Shown: positions 13,864 through 28,506, counted from the stretch's first letter. The stretch: DNA of 64,000 nt from Octopus sinensis (GCF_006345805.1 NC_043005.1:75020001-75084000); one strand, 5' to 3'. Program-made: numbers and translations. The notes: generated by a model not told the origin, from the sequence alone.

Positions 13864-14487
13864 TATGTTTGACTTTTGCTTTACATTTGTACAAGTTGGC
13901 TCCAAGTCTCACCCAGAGACCTTAAGAGACAGCAGGCTGGAAGTTCATGTTGTTGTTATGCCTAGTGTACCATATATTTGGTTTTGTATTTAGTGTTGTA
14001 CTAGTGAATGCTTAAAAAAAAACATACGAAAATTATGTTTGTTTTAAAACTTGAGATTACATAGAAAGTATTTTGCGTAGGATATGAGCAGTTCCCATGA
14101 GCACTATCTTTTGAATTTCTGCCATTTTGGGGTTTCCTGGTATCTGAGTTAGGTAGCAACCAGCCCATTTTGCTAGCATTCCCAGGGCACCTATGCCAAC
14201 AGGTATTGTTTTAGTTCCACAGTTTGCTGATTTTTATTTCAAGATCTTTATATTTGCTCAGTTTTTGGTAGGTCTTGACAGATACGTGTATATCGATTGG
14301 GACTGTCATATCAATGAGGAGGCATGTTCTTCGTCTGAAGTCTTTCAATATGATGTCTGGCCTATTTGCATGTGAGATGTGGTCATTTTCAAACACTGGA
14401 GGTGGTTTGTGTTCCCACCAGTTTTTTTCATGGGGCAAATCCAGGTTTTTGCAAATTACCCCGTGAATATATTGTGCAGCTCTATCA

Positions 14488-14541
<54 letters not shown>

Positions 14542-15458
14542 GGTAGTGAGCTGGCAGAATCGTTAGTATGCCAGGAAAGATGCTCAGAAACATTTTGTTT
14601 TATCTTTACCTTCTAAGTTCAAATTCTACCAAGGTTGAGTTTGCCTTTCATCATTTCATGGTTGATCAAAAAAAGTACCAGTTGAACACTGGAGTTGATG
14701 TAATTGATAGACCTTTCCCTTAAAATTGCTGGCCTTGTGCCAAAATTTGAAACCAATATGTTGTCCATCTCTCTTTGTAACTCATCTTTACTTGTTAATA
14801 GAGTGAAAAATTACTTCAAATCAATTCATGTTCTCTTGATGTTTATATATTCTGTTGTGTCTGGGGAGAGTTATTCTCTTTTAGTACTTTATAATTTAAC
14901 ACACTAGTAAAATGTCCACTTATTTCTTTTTTATTTTCCTAAAATTTTCGTTGCATCTTGCAACCTTTTCAATAGTTTTGAATATATATTCTTTTTCTCC
15001 TCGTGAAGGCCAAGTCTGCTTCTCCAGATTCATGTTTTTCTAAAAATTATATATATATATCTTTATATATAAAAGAGAGGTTGTGTGCAGTCTGTCTCCT
15101 ACGATTTAGATTCCTAACTACTCCCACATTTTGCAGTGCCGTTTAACCAAAATCGGGTATCTTATAGTCGTGATTCATATCGAGACCTTCTGCATATTAG
15201 CGCGTGTCTACGATGAGTCTACGATTTAAAAAAAAAATTTACCATCAATTTTTCCCATTTTTAATGCATTTTTGGCATATATAAGGGAAGTAACTCTCTA
15301 AAAATTTATTATTAAATCTCAGCACGTAAAAAGCTACAGTAACCCCCCCCCCCCTTTGTAGTTAGCCATATTGAGATGGCTATTATACTTTACATCTCTA
15401 AAAATGCTTATATAGTTATTTCCCTTACAAACCCGAGCAACGCCGGGCGATACTGCTA

Positions 15459-15496
<38 letters not shown>

Positions 15497-18400
15497 GAAA
15501 TTTATAGAAAAACAAAAGATGAGAGACAAGTGTATGAACAACAAGCAAGTGTATTAGTTAGATGCTTGGGAAAAATGGAAAAGTCTTTTATATTTCGAAC
15601 ATATGCTCATCAACAGAAAGTAATAAGAGGCGTATCTGTATGCATGTATATGTGTCTATGTTTGTTACCAACCATCAGTTTACAATTGGTGCTTGTGTGT
15701 TTACGTTTCTGTAACTTAGTAGTTTGCCAAAAAGAAACAAATAGAATAAGTACCAGGCTTGAAACATAGAACTGCAGACAATATGTTTGACTGAAATTCT
15801 TCAAGGTGGGGACCCAACATGGCCACAGTCGAATGACTGAAATAAGTAAAAGATAATATATATATATATATTATATATATATATAGTTGAAATTTATAGA
15901 AAAACAAAAGATGAGAGACAAGTGTATGAACAACAAGCAAGTGTATTAGTTAGATGCTTGGGAAAAATGGAAAAGTCTTTTATATTTCGAACATATGCTC
16001 ATCAACAGAAAGTAATAAGAGGCGTATCTGTATGCATGTATATGTGTCTATGTTTGTTACCAACCATCAGTTTACAATTGGTGCTTGTGTGTTTACGTTT
16101 CTGTAACTTAGTAGTTTGCCAAAAAGAAACAAATAGAATAAGTACCAGGCTTGAAACATAGAACTGCAGACAATATGTTTGACTGAAATTCTTCAAGGTG
16201 GGGACCCAACATGGCCACAGTCGAATGACTGAAATAAGTAAAAGATAATATATATATATATATATTTCAATAATAACAAAAGGGTAAAATTAATTAATTA
16301 TTTAATTTAAAGTAAAATTTAAAGTAAATGTTACATGTTTTCAGCTCCTTCTTATAAATTTAAGGTATTATACAAAGATGAATGAAATTTGGTTTGAAAT
16401 GACTTGAAATATTCAAGATCTTTAAATGGAAGGATGAGATAATAAAAGGTGTATTGAAGGAGATAGAAAGAAAAAGTGAGAGAATGTGAGAAAAAAGGGA
16501 GATAGAGAGAGAGAGAGAAAAAGAAAGAGAGACAAAGGTAGAGAGAAAGATTTAGAGAGAGAAAGTCTGAGAGAGAAAGGCTGAGAAGAAGATAGAAATG
16601 GCTGAAAGAGAGAGAGAAAGAGTGAGAAAAAAGAGAAAACTGAAAGAGTTTGAGTGAAAGAGAAAAACTGAGAGAGAGAGAGAGAGACTGAGAATAAGAG
16701 AGAAAGGCACAGATAGAACGAGAAAGAAATAAACTGAGAGAGGGGGAGGGGAAAGAGAGAGGAGGGAGAGAGATTTAGTAAGTGGAATGGTGGATCAGTG
16801 ATAACAGAATACAATTTTCAACCCCTTAATCCTTTAGTGTTTAAAACAGCCATCATCATCATCATCATCATCGTTTAACGTCCGTTCTCCATGCTAGCAT
16901 GTGTTGGACGGTTCGACCGGGGATCTGGGAAGCCAGAAGGCTGCACCAGGCTCCGGTCTTATCTGGCAATGTTTCTACAGCTGGATGCCCTTCCTAACGC
17001 CAACCACTCCGTAAGTGTAGTGGGTGCTTTTTACGTGCCACCTGCACTGGTGCCAGGCGAGGCTGGCATCGGCCACGGTCGGATTGGTGCATTTTACGTG
17101 CCCCCTGCACGGAAGCCAGTCGAGGCGGCACTGGCTTCGGCCACGATTCGGATGGTGCTTTTTACGTGAGGCCAAAATTGTCTTCCAGTTTTATGCTCAA
17201 ACCAACCAGCTCTGACCTCTCCCGCCTACCTTCCAAAGTCATTCTAAAAATGCCCATGGACATCATCAAAATCCCGGAGTTACATGATGCTGTACAATTA
17301 ATTTAAAACAATGTAATTAAAGAGGCTTTACATTTGACAGAGTAATCTGAATGCTAAAGAGTTAAACATCTTTCTTTTATTTCAGCTCTCACTTTTGTCC
17401 AACAACTAAAACCGTTATTGAAACGAAATCCCAACCTTGCAAAGATATTATGAACATGATTACCAAAGGCTATTTCCTGGATAACAACACAACAGAAACA
17501 AAGGAAGTCAATGTCACCAGCAAATCATTCATAAATTCCATGTTAAACTCAAACAAAACATGTGCGTTTAAAAAGTAAGTTAAATTTTTGTTTTATTTGA
17601 TGTTTTATTTGACGTTCCAGATCAGTCTTGATTAACCTTTTCGTTACTGTATTTATTTTGAGATGCTCTGTGTTTCTCTCCATTATTTTAGATATAACAA
17701 AGAATTTTGTAAAATAACTTAGTTATCATTCAGCTAGAGTTAGGAACAGTAATTGTGACTGAGATTTCGTGGAAGGTTTTAATTAAAACTTATGAAAACA
17801 AGACTACAGAGCCAGAGGCGATTTCAATCAGGTTGGTCACGAAAGGGTTAAGCAGACTCATTATCAAAGGTATTACAGTTATCACCAATAGTTTCCTTTT
17901 TAAGAGGCTAGGTTGTGATCTCACACTAAAAGAAGTTTAAACTGATTGATGTATCTTCATTGTTGTTACCACTCTAATTCTATATTCCCTACATGGTCTT
18001 TCAATGCCAGAATAATATGTTCTCTATAGGGTTGTAAACCATGAATTTATTTTAAAGCAAGACATCTCTCTCTATATAAACGGCAGTTTGTCTGTGTGTG
18101 TTTCTGTGTGTCTGTTTGGTTGTACCCTCACCCTGACCACGGCTTTCAACCGATTCTGATGAAACTTGACACACACATAGCCCAATGTCATAATTCAAAA
18201 CTAACGCAGCGAAAATTTTGAAAAGTTCCCCCAGTTCTGAAAAAAATCGATAAATTCACATGGGGTCGAGAATCAGAAACACAAACCACAGACTGTCTAG
18301 GGGACGCAACTCGACCTTTTTTAACTCTCAAAAAAAATTTACCATCATTTTTTCCCCATTTTTTTGCTATTTTTTGGTTATAACTCTCTAAAAATGCTTT

Positions 18401-20004
18401 ATAGTTATTTCCCTTACAAACCTGAGCAACGCCGGGTGATACTGCTAGTATGTTATATTGCATAACCAATTTTGAAAATTTTCTAATATAAATTCAAAAT
18501 TAATGAAGCCCTAAACTTTGAAACTGTTGACAGTTATGACCAAGTTCAGGAAATTGTTAATGTCCACAGTAGAAGCACCACTTTATTTTCTCTTTGTTGC
18601 TGTTGTTTCTGTTTATTTGAAATAGGACTTCTGAGTTTTTTTTTTTATTTCATTCTATTTTTATTTGTGAAAAAAACCTGGGTTTGCAATCCAGTTAGTT
18701 TCCAATTGGAACAGTTTTACTTACAACTTCTGTTAATCTAAAGCTTTATGCCTGTTTATCAAATTATTATTATGACACTCTAAATACTATATATATTTAT
18801 TTTTTATTACATACATATAAGTGGAATGACCACTAGGTAGACATCCAATATGCTAAATGTAGACTCCATATGGTCTGACCACTAAGAAAAAATTGTTCTC
18901 AGTGGTCAGACCATATGGGGTCTACATTTAGCATATTGAATGTCCACTTAGTGGTCATCCCTCTTATATGTATGTAATATAATTTTTCTGAATCTTCAGA
19001 TTTTTTCTATATGCTAAGCCACTGGTTTAAATTGATATTAATCAAATTAATATCAATTTTTTACCCATATTGTTTAAATTTGTATTTACTTTTTAGTTAG
19101 TAATTCAACAGGGAGACCAGTGCTGGAGTGTCAGCACTATATCTAATTCAACTAGATATTTCAGAATGATTCTTAATAATCTTGCCAAAATTTTAATTAA
19201 TCATATATAAAAATTAATTTTTTTTACTCCTCTATTAAAATAGTCAAAAAAATTTGTTTCTTTCATGGTGCAATAAATGTTTTTACTCATACAATACAAT
19301 TAAACAATTTTTAAGGGATCAGTAAAAGAGATGGTGTTTCATTCACAATTTTCTCAAAAAGCATTTCATAATAAATTAACTTTTCTAATTTCTTCATTAG
19401 AACTGCTCAAAGCATTCAACAAGGCTGTTGTTATGGATATATGGGTGCTTCTTGTGATCAAGGTCAGTTACTGCAATTTTCTTGTTGATTCCATTCTTGT
19501 AGGTTCTTATTTAATTCTGTGTTTTAAATGTAGATGGTTAGGGTATCTGACGCATGATTGTAAGGTTGTGAGTTCGATTCCCAGTGGTATGTTGTGTCCT
19601 TTAGCAAGACATTTTATTTCACATTTCTCCAGTTCACCCATATATGTATATAATTAAGAGAAATAACCTTTATTAAGTAATTCAATTGATAGTGAAAGAT
19701 ATTATCTATATTAAATCCTATAGAAAAAAATTTAAATATATTATAAATATTATTCTAAAAATCACTAAATTAAATAAACATTAATTTAATTTAGTGATTT
19801 TTTAGAATAATATTTATTATAATATATTCCAATTTTTTCTATATGATTTAATATAGTTAATATATCTTTCACTATCAATTGACTTACTTAATAGAGGTTA
19901 TTTCATTTAATTATATACATATATTATATGTTGAGAAATTTGATTTAGTATTGCTAAATTGAATTTTCCCCTGTAAGTTTGGAATTTTATATTCCCTACT
20001 ATTA

Positions 20005-20044
<40 letters not shown>

Positions 20045-23000
20045 TGTATGCATATATCTGTGTGTGTGCCTTTGTGTTTATGTTTGTCTCGCTATCACTA
20101 CTTGACAACCAGTGTTGGTGTGTTTACGTCCCCATAACTTAATGGTTCAGCAAAAGAGACCAACAGAATATATACTAGGCTTTAAAAAAAGTCCTGGGGT
20201 TGATTTGCTCAACTAAAACCTCTCAAAGTGGTGCTCCAACATGGCTGCAGTCAAATGACTGAAACAAGTAAAAAGAATAAAAGAATGTAAAAGTACAAGA
20301 TATATTTTTTGGAATTTCATATTGACTCAATTGGATAACAAACTGTTTGTAACCTTAGAAAAATCTGAGCTAAATTATAAATTATGAAGCTTTCTTTTTG
20401 TGATAGAATTCCTGAAGTTGTTTAATCTGTTAATCTCTTTAAAATTAATTTCATCTTGTCTTGTATTTTGTAGCCATTTGTGAGCCACCATGTGAAAATT
20501 TTGGTGTTTGTGTTGCTCCTAATTACTGTTCATGTTTGATTGGTTATGTTGGCTACCGATGTGAAGACAGGATTGCTGGTAAGGTGACAGCCATATGAAT
20601 TTATTGTGAAAAACATTATATACTGTGCATATGTACCCTGTAAATTAAATGTCACGTCCTGCCAAGTTAAAGTAATATAGGTCTAATTCCAAAATAACTT
20701 TAGCTGTTTTGGTTTTATTGTTCTTCCTACTTGTGAATTCATGTCATATTTAACAACCAAGACAGATTTGCACTATGAAGTTGAATTGTCTTTGAAAAGT
20801 TACTAAAGGACAAAGTTTTCAGTACAGACTCCAAAGAGCACATTCCATTTCCTTTATCATGTTGTAGGTCTGAGAGTCATAATGGAAAAGGCTTGAAGTT
20901 TCTTGGTTGCAGTTGACGAATCATATCTCCATCTGGCATTATATTTCCTCTCTTGTAAATAGCAATCTATGATCAAGTCAAGTTATTCCCACTACTGGTA
21001 CCATGTAACCCAGTACATCATCATCATCATTGTTTAACGTCCGCTTTCCATGCTAGCATGAGTTGGACGATTTTGACTGAGGGCTGGTGAACCAGATGGC
21101 TGCATCAGACTCCAATCTGATCTGGCAGAGTTTCTACGGCTGGATGCCTTTCCTAACGCCAACCACTCCGAGAGTGTAGTGGGTGCTTTTTACATGCCAC
21201 CGGCACGTGCGCCAGTCAGGTGGTACTGGCAATGACCTCACTCAAATTTTTTTACACATGCCACCGGCACAGGTGCCAGTAAGGCATCGTTGGTAATGAT
21301 CACACTCAAATGGTGCCCTTTTATGTTCCACTGGCACGGAAGCCGGTTAGCCGCTCTGTCAATGATCACACTCATATGTGGGTGCTTTGCAGCTAAAACA
21401 TAAATTTCACTCAGTTTACTGGGTGAAGAGGGTATTTGGAACCCAGCATGATTAAAAATAAATCCTATTAAAAGACAAAAGAGATTTTCACTAAGAATCC
21501 AATGGCCAACTAAAGATAAGATAAGCAATAAAGGGTTATCTTCCAGTTGAAAGACAGTATGGGTGATGCACCAATCTTTGTTGAATTGCTTCATGTGCAT
21601 CTCCAGCTTTATTATAGTCCAAACCAACTCATTAGACATCTTAAATATATTTATTTGTAGTGTTAATGGCTTAATTCAAAATATTCAATTCCAGTATTTT
21701 CACTGGGATCTTCAATGGCTGTTTTACATGTTCCAAGGCCTGTGCAAATATGACCGCACAGCTGCTAGTGGTGCTCAGGTAATCATAAATAAGCACAGAC
21801 AGCCTCAGTCTTCTCAACCTTGTCTCAGTGGAACATAGCTGAAGAGAGAGGGGGAGAGAGAGGGAGAGAGAAAGAGAGAGAGAGAAGGGCTGTACTAGCA
21901 TGAACCTGGTACTTTATTTATTGACTTTGAGAAGGCAAAGTTGAAGTCAGCGGGATCTGAACTATTATAAAATGGTTGAGTGGTAGAGTCATTATAGCCT
22001 GTGTTGCATTATTTTTCTAGTTCTTTGTGCTCTAAGTCCAAATACTGCAGAGATCAACTTTGCCTTTCATTCTTTCCAGGTTGATAAATAAAGTACCAGC
22101 CCTATGCCTATGCTGCCAAAATTTTTTCTCCTTCCAGTTGTTATATTCTGGATGTGCTGTTAGGACAAGTGTGGAAGAGCTACGAGAATGTCTATGTCCC
22201 TTTGCAATTGCGTGGTCATGTCAAACTATTTACAAAAGCATGGTACATGCTGACACCAAGTCATTCATGATTCCACGTAATAGCTGTAGTTACATGGCAA
22301 TGTGTGTGTGTGTGTGTGCATGTGCATATGTGTGTGTGTGTATGCATGTGTGTGTGTGCATGTGTGCATGCTCATGAATTTATAAATGGGAGAAAAAGTT
22401 TTCAAAACATAGGAAAATTGATGCATTTATTCCAAACTGAGACCTGTCTCCATTGCTCCCCTGAGTTCCACACATATATAGATGCTTGCATATAATATTA
22501 AGAAGCGTACTTAATAGTGAAGGCGCATGGCTCAGTGGTTAGAGTGTCGAGCTTACGATCGTGTGGTTGTGAGTTCAAATCCCAGACTGGGCTGCATCTT
22601 GTGTTCTTGAGCAAGACACTTTATTTCACGTTGCTCCAGTTCACTCAGCTGTAGAAATGAGTTGCGATGTCACAGGTGCCAAGCTGTATCAGCCCCTTTG
22701 CCTTTCCCTTGGATAACACCGGTCACATGGAGAGGGGAGGCTGGTATGCATGGGCGACTGCTGGTCTTCCATAAACAACCTTGCCCGGACTTGTACCTTG
22801 GAGGGTAACTTTCTAGGTGCAATCCCACATTCAGTCATGACCAACTTCTTAATATTATATGCGTCTAAGTGCACTTAGATGTAAAATAAACATAAAAAAA
22901 CATAATAAAATATTTAATCATTAATAAGAATGTGTTGCTAAATGTATTTCTTTTCAACTCAGATACATCTCCTACTCAGTATTATTGCTATAAAAATACT

Positions 23001-24908
23001 GATTGTGATGGAGTGAAATCAGAAAAAGCAGGAAATAATGTCATGTCAAACGATGACTGTTGTCAGAAACACAAAGGTGGCAGCTGGGGTTTACCAAATC
23101 ATCAATGTTCACAATGCTGGGATGGTGAGTAAATTATTTATTTACAATCTGTTTTTTATTAGGTATCATTATCACTAATTATCCAGGCTTCTGATTGTCT
23201 TTTCAATATTCAGAATATTATTTTCTAGATTTGTTTTGGCTGTGTGGTTAGGGAGCTTGCTTCCTAGCTACATGGTTTCGGGTTCAGTCCCACTGCGTGG
23301 CACTTTGGGTAGGTGTCTTTCACTATAGCCTCGAGCTGACTGAAGCTTTGTGATTGAATTTGGTAGGCGGAAGTTACTGCTGTGTGCGTATGTGTGCATG
23401 TAGTGCTCAGTGCCTCTCTGAAAGAGAGAGAGGGAAAAGATGTATGTTTAGAAGTAGATTTTATTGTTGTTGTTGTTATTGTTATTTTTATTGTATTTCT
23501 TTTAAAAGTGGTGAGCTGGCAGAACAGTTAGTGTGCCAGACAAAATGCTTAGCAGCATTTTTTCCAGCTTTATGTTCTGAGGTCGATTTTGCCTTTTATC
23601 CTTTCGGAGTTGATAAAATAAGTACTCGTTGCACACTGGGGTCAATGTAATCAAGTCACCCTACCCACCATACCAAAAAAAAAAAAAAAAAAGGGCCTTG
23701 TACTTATAGACTTATAGTAGAAACTACAGATTTCTGCCCTCCCTCCCAACTTTGGATGATCATAACTTTCAGAAAAATGGATATTCCTTAATGAAATTTT
23801 CTACAAATATATGTTATATCATGTAGATTTTGAATATACGAAATTTGGGGGGAGAAAGTGTTTTAGGAGAGGGTGGGGTGGGGAATTTCTGAAAATTCAC
23901 TAGAGTCCACTTCAATGTGTCTTACGTTGGACAGTTTTTTTTATACTTCTTATATTTTTAAAAATTAAGATAACCAAAGCTCTTTTTCAATCTAAAATAT
24001 ACTATCTCTATTTTCTACAATGCTCTTCCATCTGTCTGGTAGACTTGCAAGGTCCCTCTTCTAAAATTCACTTGCCTGTGACGAAAAATACTCCTCCAGT
24101 ACTGTTCTGACCTCATCTACAGAATTCATATTTTTTCTATTCAAATGATTTTGAAGACTGCAGAATAAATGATAATCAGATGGGGTAATGTCCAGTGAAT
24201 ATGATGGGCTGGGTATCATTTCCCATTCAAACTGCACTAACGTTTGGAATGTCATCATCACTGTATGTGGCTGAGCATTGTCCTGATGGAAGAACATCTT
24301 TTGTCTTGAAACCAAAGATGGTGGTTTTTCTTCTAGTACAGGTCTCGATGAATGGTTGAATGATCAAATCCAAGCCTCTCTGCTAGTTCCTCAACAGCTA
24401 CGATAGGATTTTGTTCTACCATGGTTTGCAGGATGTCCTCATCAAGAATTACAGATCTCTCAGGATGAAACTCATCTTCTAGGCTATAGTTTCTGGCTCA
24501 GAATTTCTGGAACCACCATTGACGTTGGCTTACACTTATTGTCCGATCCCCATATATTGCATTAATATTGCTCACACTTTCCTTTGTGTAGTTGCCTTTA
24601 TTGAACTCATAAAGCAAAATATGCCAAATGTGCTCCTTTGTCACTTCCATTATAGCTTTGAAAAAATAACTGTTAAAATCGAGCTGCACTCTTCTAAACT
24701 TGCACTAAGAATAAAGACAAGGTAAAATTACAACCAGCTTTTATAGCAAGTTGATGCAGGTAGTTTATCCTGTCCCCCTCCAACTTTTAGTTCTCGCATT
24801 TGAAAATTCCACATCGTTTATGGGATGACCCAATATATGTATATATATATATATATATATATTGATAAAAACGGTAAGATAACAAAAGAAAGAAAGAGAC
24901 CTCGATAT

Positions 24909-24944
<36 letters not shown>

Positions 24945-25524
24945 CACACACACACACACACGAATTTCAAAGAGCTTCTATCCTTGTTGGCAACAAAGGG
25001 CCTTTCCCTCAGAGTTAAAGGCAGATTGTATGGTGCCTGTGTTTGAACAGCCATGCTACATGGCAGTGAACTATGGGCTGTGACTGCAGAGGACATGCAA
25101 AAGCTTGTAGAAATGAATCTAGTATGCTCTGCTGGATGTGTAATGTCAGTGTGCATGTACGACAGAGTGTAAGTATCTTGAGGGAGAAATTGGGTATAAG
25201 AGGCATGAAATCTTCAAGTGAGGTTGGATGAATGTATGTGTATGCACATGGGTGTGTGGGTGCACATGTGTAGGCATGAACAGGCATGCTTACGCAAATA
25301 CTATGACCTTTTTACCCCCTTACCTTACTTAGCGTTCATTCAAATAGCTCTTTTGTCTTAATAGTGGTCAATAACACAGTTATTTTCCTTTGTGTAACGG
25401 TCATTTTTCATAGCATTTTTCTGATGGCCAGATAACTGAAGAGATGGTGGCGTGGATTTCCACCTCAGCTTCCGAAACTCTGAGTTTTATCTTGGCTACC
25501 AGATAATTGTCACATATTACATTT

Positions 25525-25575
<51 letters not shown>

Positions 25576-28475
25576 AACATTTAAATAATGAGGGAGATAA
25601 ATTTAATATTAATTTAATTAATATCAATTTAAAACCATTTAAAATCAATTTCATCTGCCTTGCCTGCATATTGTTCTGGTGTCTGCTGAATTTTCCTCTA
25701 GAGAACATTCTTTTCTTTGTAGTTTGATCGTAGGTGATCTACTTCTAGCATACGGCTGACCACCTAGTGGTTTTTGCTCTTTAAATATATATATCATCAT
25801 CATCATTTAACGTCCGCTTTCCATGCTAGCATGGGTTGGACTGAGCATGGGTTGGACATATATATATATACATAGGCACAGGAGTGGCTGTGTGGTAAGT
25901 AGCTTGCTACCCAACCACATGGTTCCGGGTTCAGTCCCACTGCGTGGCATCTTGGGCAAGTGTCTTCTGCTATAGCCTCGGGCCGACCAAAGCCTTGTGA
26001 GTGGATTTGGTAGACAGAAACTGAAAGAAGCCCATCGTATGTATATATATATATATGTGTGTGTGTTTGTGTATCTGTGTTTGTCCTCCAAGCATTGCTT
26101 GACAACCGATGCTGGTGTGTTTATGTCCCCGTTACTTAGCGGTTCGGCAAAAGAGACCGATAGAATAAGTACTGGGCTTACAAAAGAATAAGTCCTGGGG
26201 TCGAGTTGCTCGATTGAAGGCGGTGCTCCAGCATGGCCGCAGTCAAATGACTGAAACAAGTAAAAGAGAGTAAAAGAGAGTAAATATATATATATATGGC
26301 TGTATGTTTGTATGTATGACTGTATATATGGATGTGTGTGTACATATGTATGTACACGTGTGTCAGTGTGCATCTTGTGTTTGTGTTTGCCTTTCACTGT
26401 TGACAACCTGTGTTGGTTTGTTTATGTCCTTGTAAGTTAGCAGTTTGTAATAAAGACCTAGATAAAATAAGATGAATATTCATCATCATCCTCATCATCA
26501 TCATCATCACCACCATCATTATTTAATGCCTCTTTTTCCATGCTAGCATGGAAATAATTATTATTATTTTACCATTTTAGCTGATTCCAGCAACCACTCC
26601 AATCCAGGTAGTACTTGCCATATTTATGGCGCCAACCGTATTCGTACATTTGATGGAGCATGTTATGAATTTCTGGCTGATTGTCAGTACACTCTTGCTC
26701 ACAATAAGGACTTTTGGGATATTTCTTTGCACTACGAGAATTGCAGAACCATAAAATCTTGTACCAGGGTAAGTTGTGTTTTTATTTCCATCAAAAATTT
26801 TCAATAGCATCCAAATTTTACTGGTTTGTTCCAGTAATTATTGGTTTAATGTTTTAGCATATCTGGCCAAAATATTTTACCTGTTTTATGTTCAAACTGG
26901 CCAAAACTGGCCTCTCGCATCTATCTTACGATGCGTCTTTGAAATTTTGATGCTACAAGTTAAAGCATGACTAATTGAAATCGATGTGGATCAATGTGCT
27001 ACACTTGACAGAGTAGTCTGAATGCTAAATGGTTAAAATGTAATGTCGAAGGTCAGGTATTTTGTATAAGTTTTGCCAATAAGTATATCAATAGTTTGAT
27101 CAATGGAACGATCTAATGCTCACGAGGGAAACTCCTCATGGTTCCAAACCTGCTTGAAATAGCAGCAAATTCTTCTCTAATCACATTCTATTGTATTAAA
27201 AAATGACATGTTAGATGATAGAGTCTTAGGGTCTATGATGATTGGAAAATATTAGGATGGTTATGGCTGGAGTGATATTGATCACAGGTCTGTTTGATTA
27301 AGGCTAACCTGGGGTTAGAACAAACCACAACAGTTCTGCTACCATCAAGAAACAACACCATAATGCCCCCCCCACCACCACCACCACCAACACAGACATC
27401 TTTGATCTAACAAGAAAGGCCTCTATACACAGTTGCTGAAGTTGCTATATGCACACACACATACACATGCATGCATGTACATGTATGCACGCATGCACAC
27501 ACATATACACAAATTTCAAAGAGCTTCTATCCTTGTTGGCAACAAAGGGCCTTTCCTTCTGAGTGAAAGGCAGATTGTATGGTGCCTGTGTTTGGACAGC
27601 CATGCTACATGGTAATGAATCATGGGCTGTGACTGCAGAGGACATGCAAAGGATTGTAAAAAGGAATCTAGTATGCTCTGCAGAATGTGCAATGTCAGTG
27701 TGCATGTACGACAGAGTGTAAGCATCTTGAAAGAGAAATTGGGTATAAGAGACATGAAATGAAGTGTGCAAGAGAGAAGACTGTGCTGGGGTGGTCATTT
27801 GATGAGTATGGACAAGGACAGCTATGTAAAGAAGTGCTGATCTGTAACTGTGGAGGGAAAATTGTGGAATAGGTAGACCCAAGAAGACATGGGATGTAGT
27901 GGTGAAATATGATTTTTAGATGTCTCACAGAAGTGACGACGAGTGACAGACTTTTAGCAATTTGCTATGCTTGAGATATGTCAAGCTAAAGGAAATCATA
28001 GTCATGGCTAGTGCTGGTGACATGTAAAAGACACTTGTGCCAGTGACATGTAAAAGGTGCCCATGTCAATGACATGTACAAGGCACCCAGTACACTCTTA
28101 GAGTAGTTGGCATTTGGAAGGGCATCCAGCTGTAGAAAGAAACAAGTCAAAACAGGCGGGAGCCTTGTACAGCTCTCCAGCTTACCAGTTCCAATCAAAC
28201 CGTCTAACTCATGCCAGCATAAAAAATGGACATTAAATGATAATGATGATGATAGTGATGTGTATGTGTGTGTGTGTGTGTATATATATATATTTATATA
28301 TATAAAATAGGTGCAGGGGAATCTGTGTGGTAAGTAGCTTGCTGACTAACCACATAGTTCTTGGTTCAGTCCCACTGTGCGGTACCTTGGGCAAATGTCT
28401 TATACTATAACCTTGGGCTGACCAAAGCCTTGTGAGTGGATTTGGTAGATGGAAACTGAAAGAAGCCCGTTGTAC

Positions 28476-28506
<31 letters not shown>

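Noticed and set aside
25803-26406. 199-aa and 100-aa ORFs, with near-identical peptides recurring elsewhere
   Set aside because: Translations of family-A SINE copies and their microsatellites.
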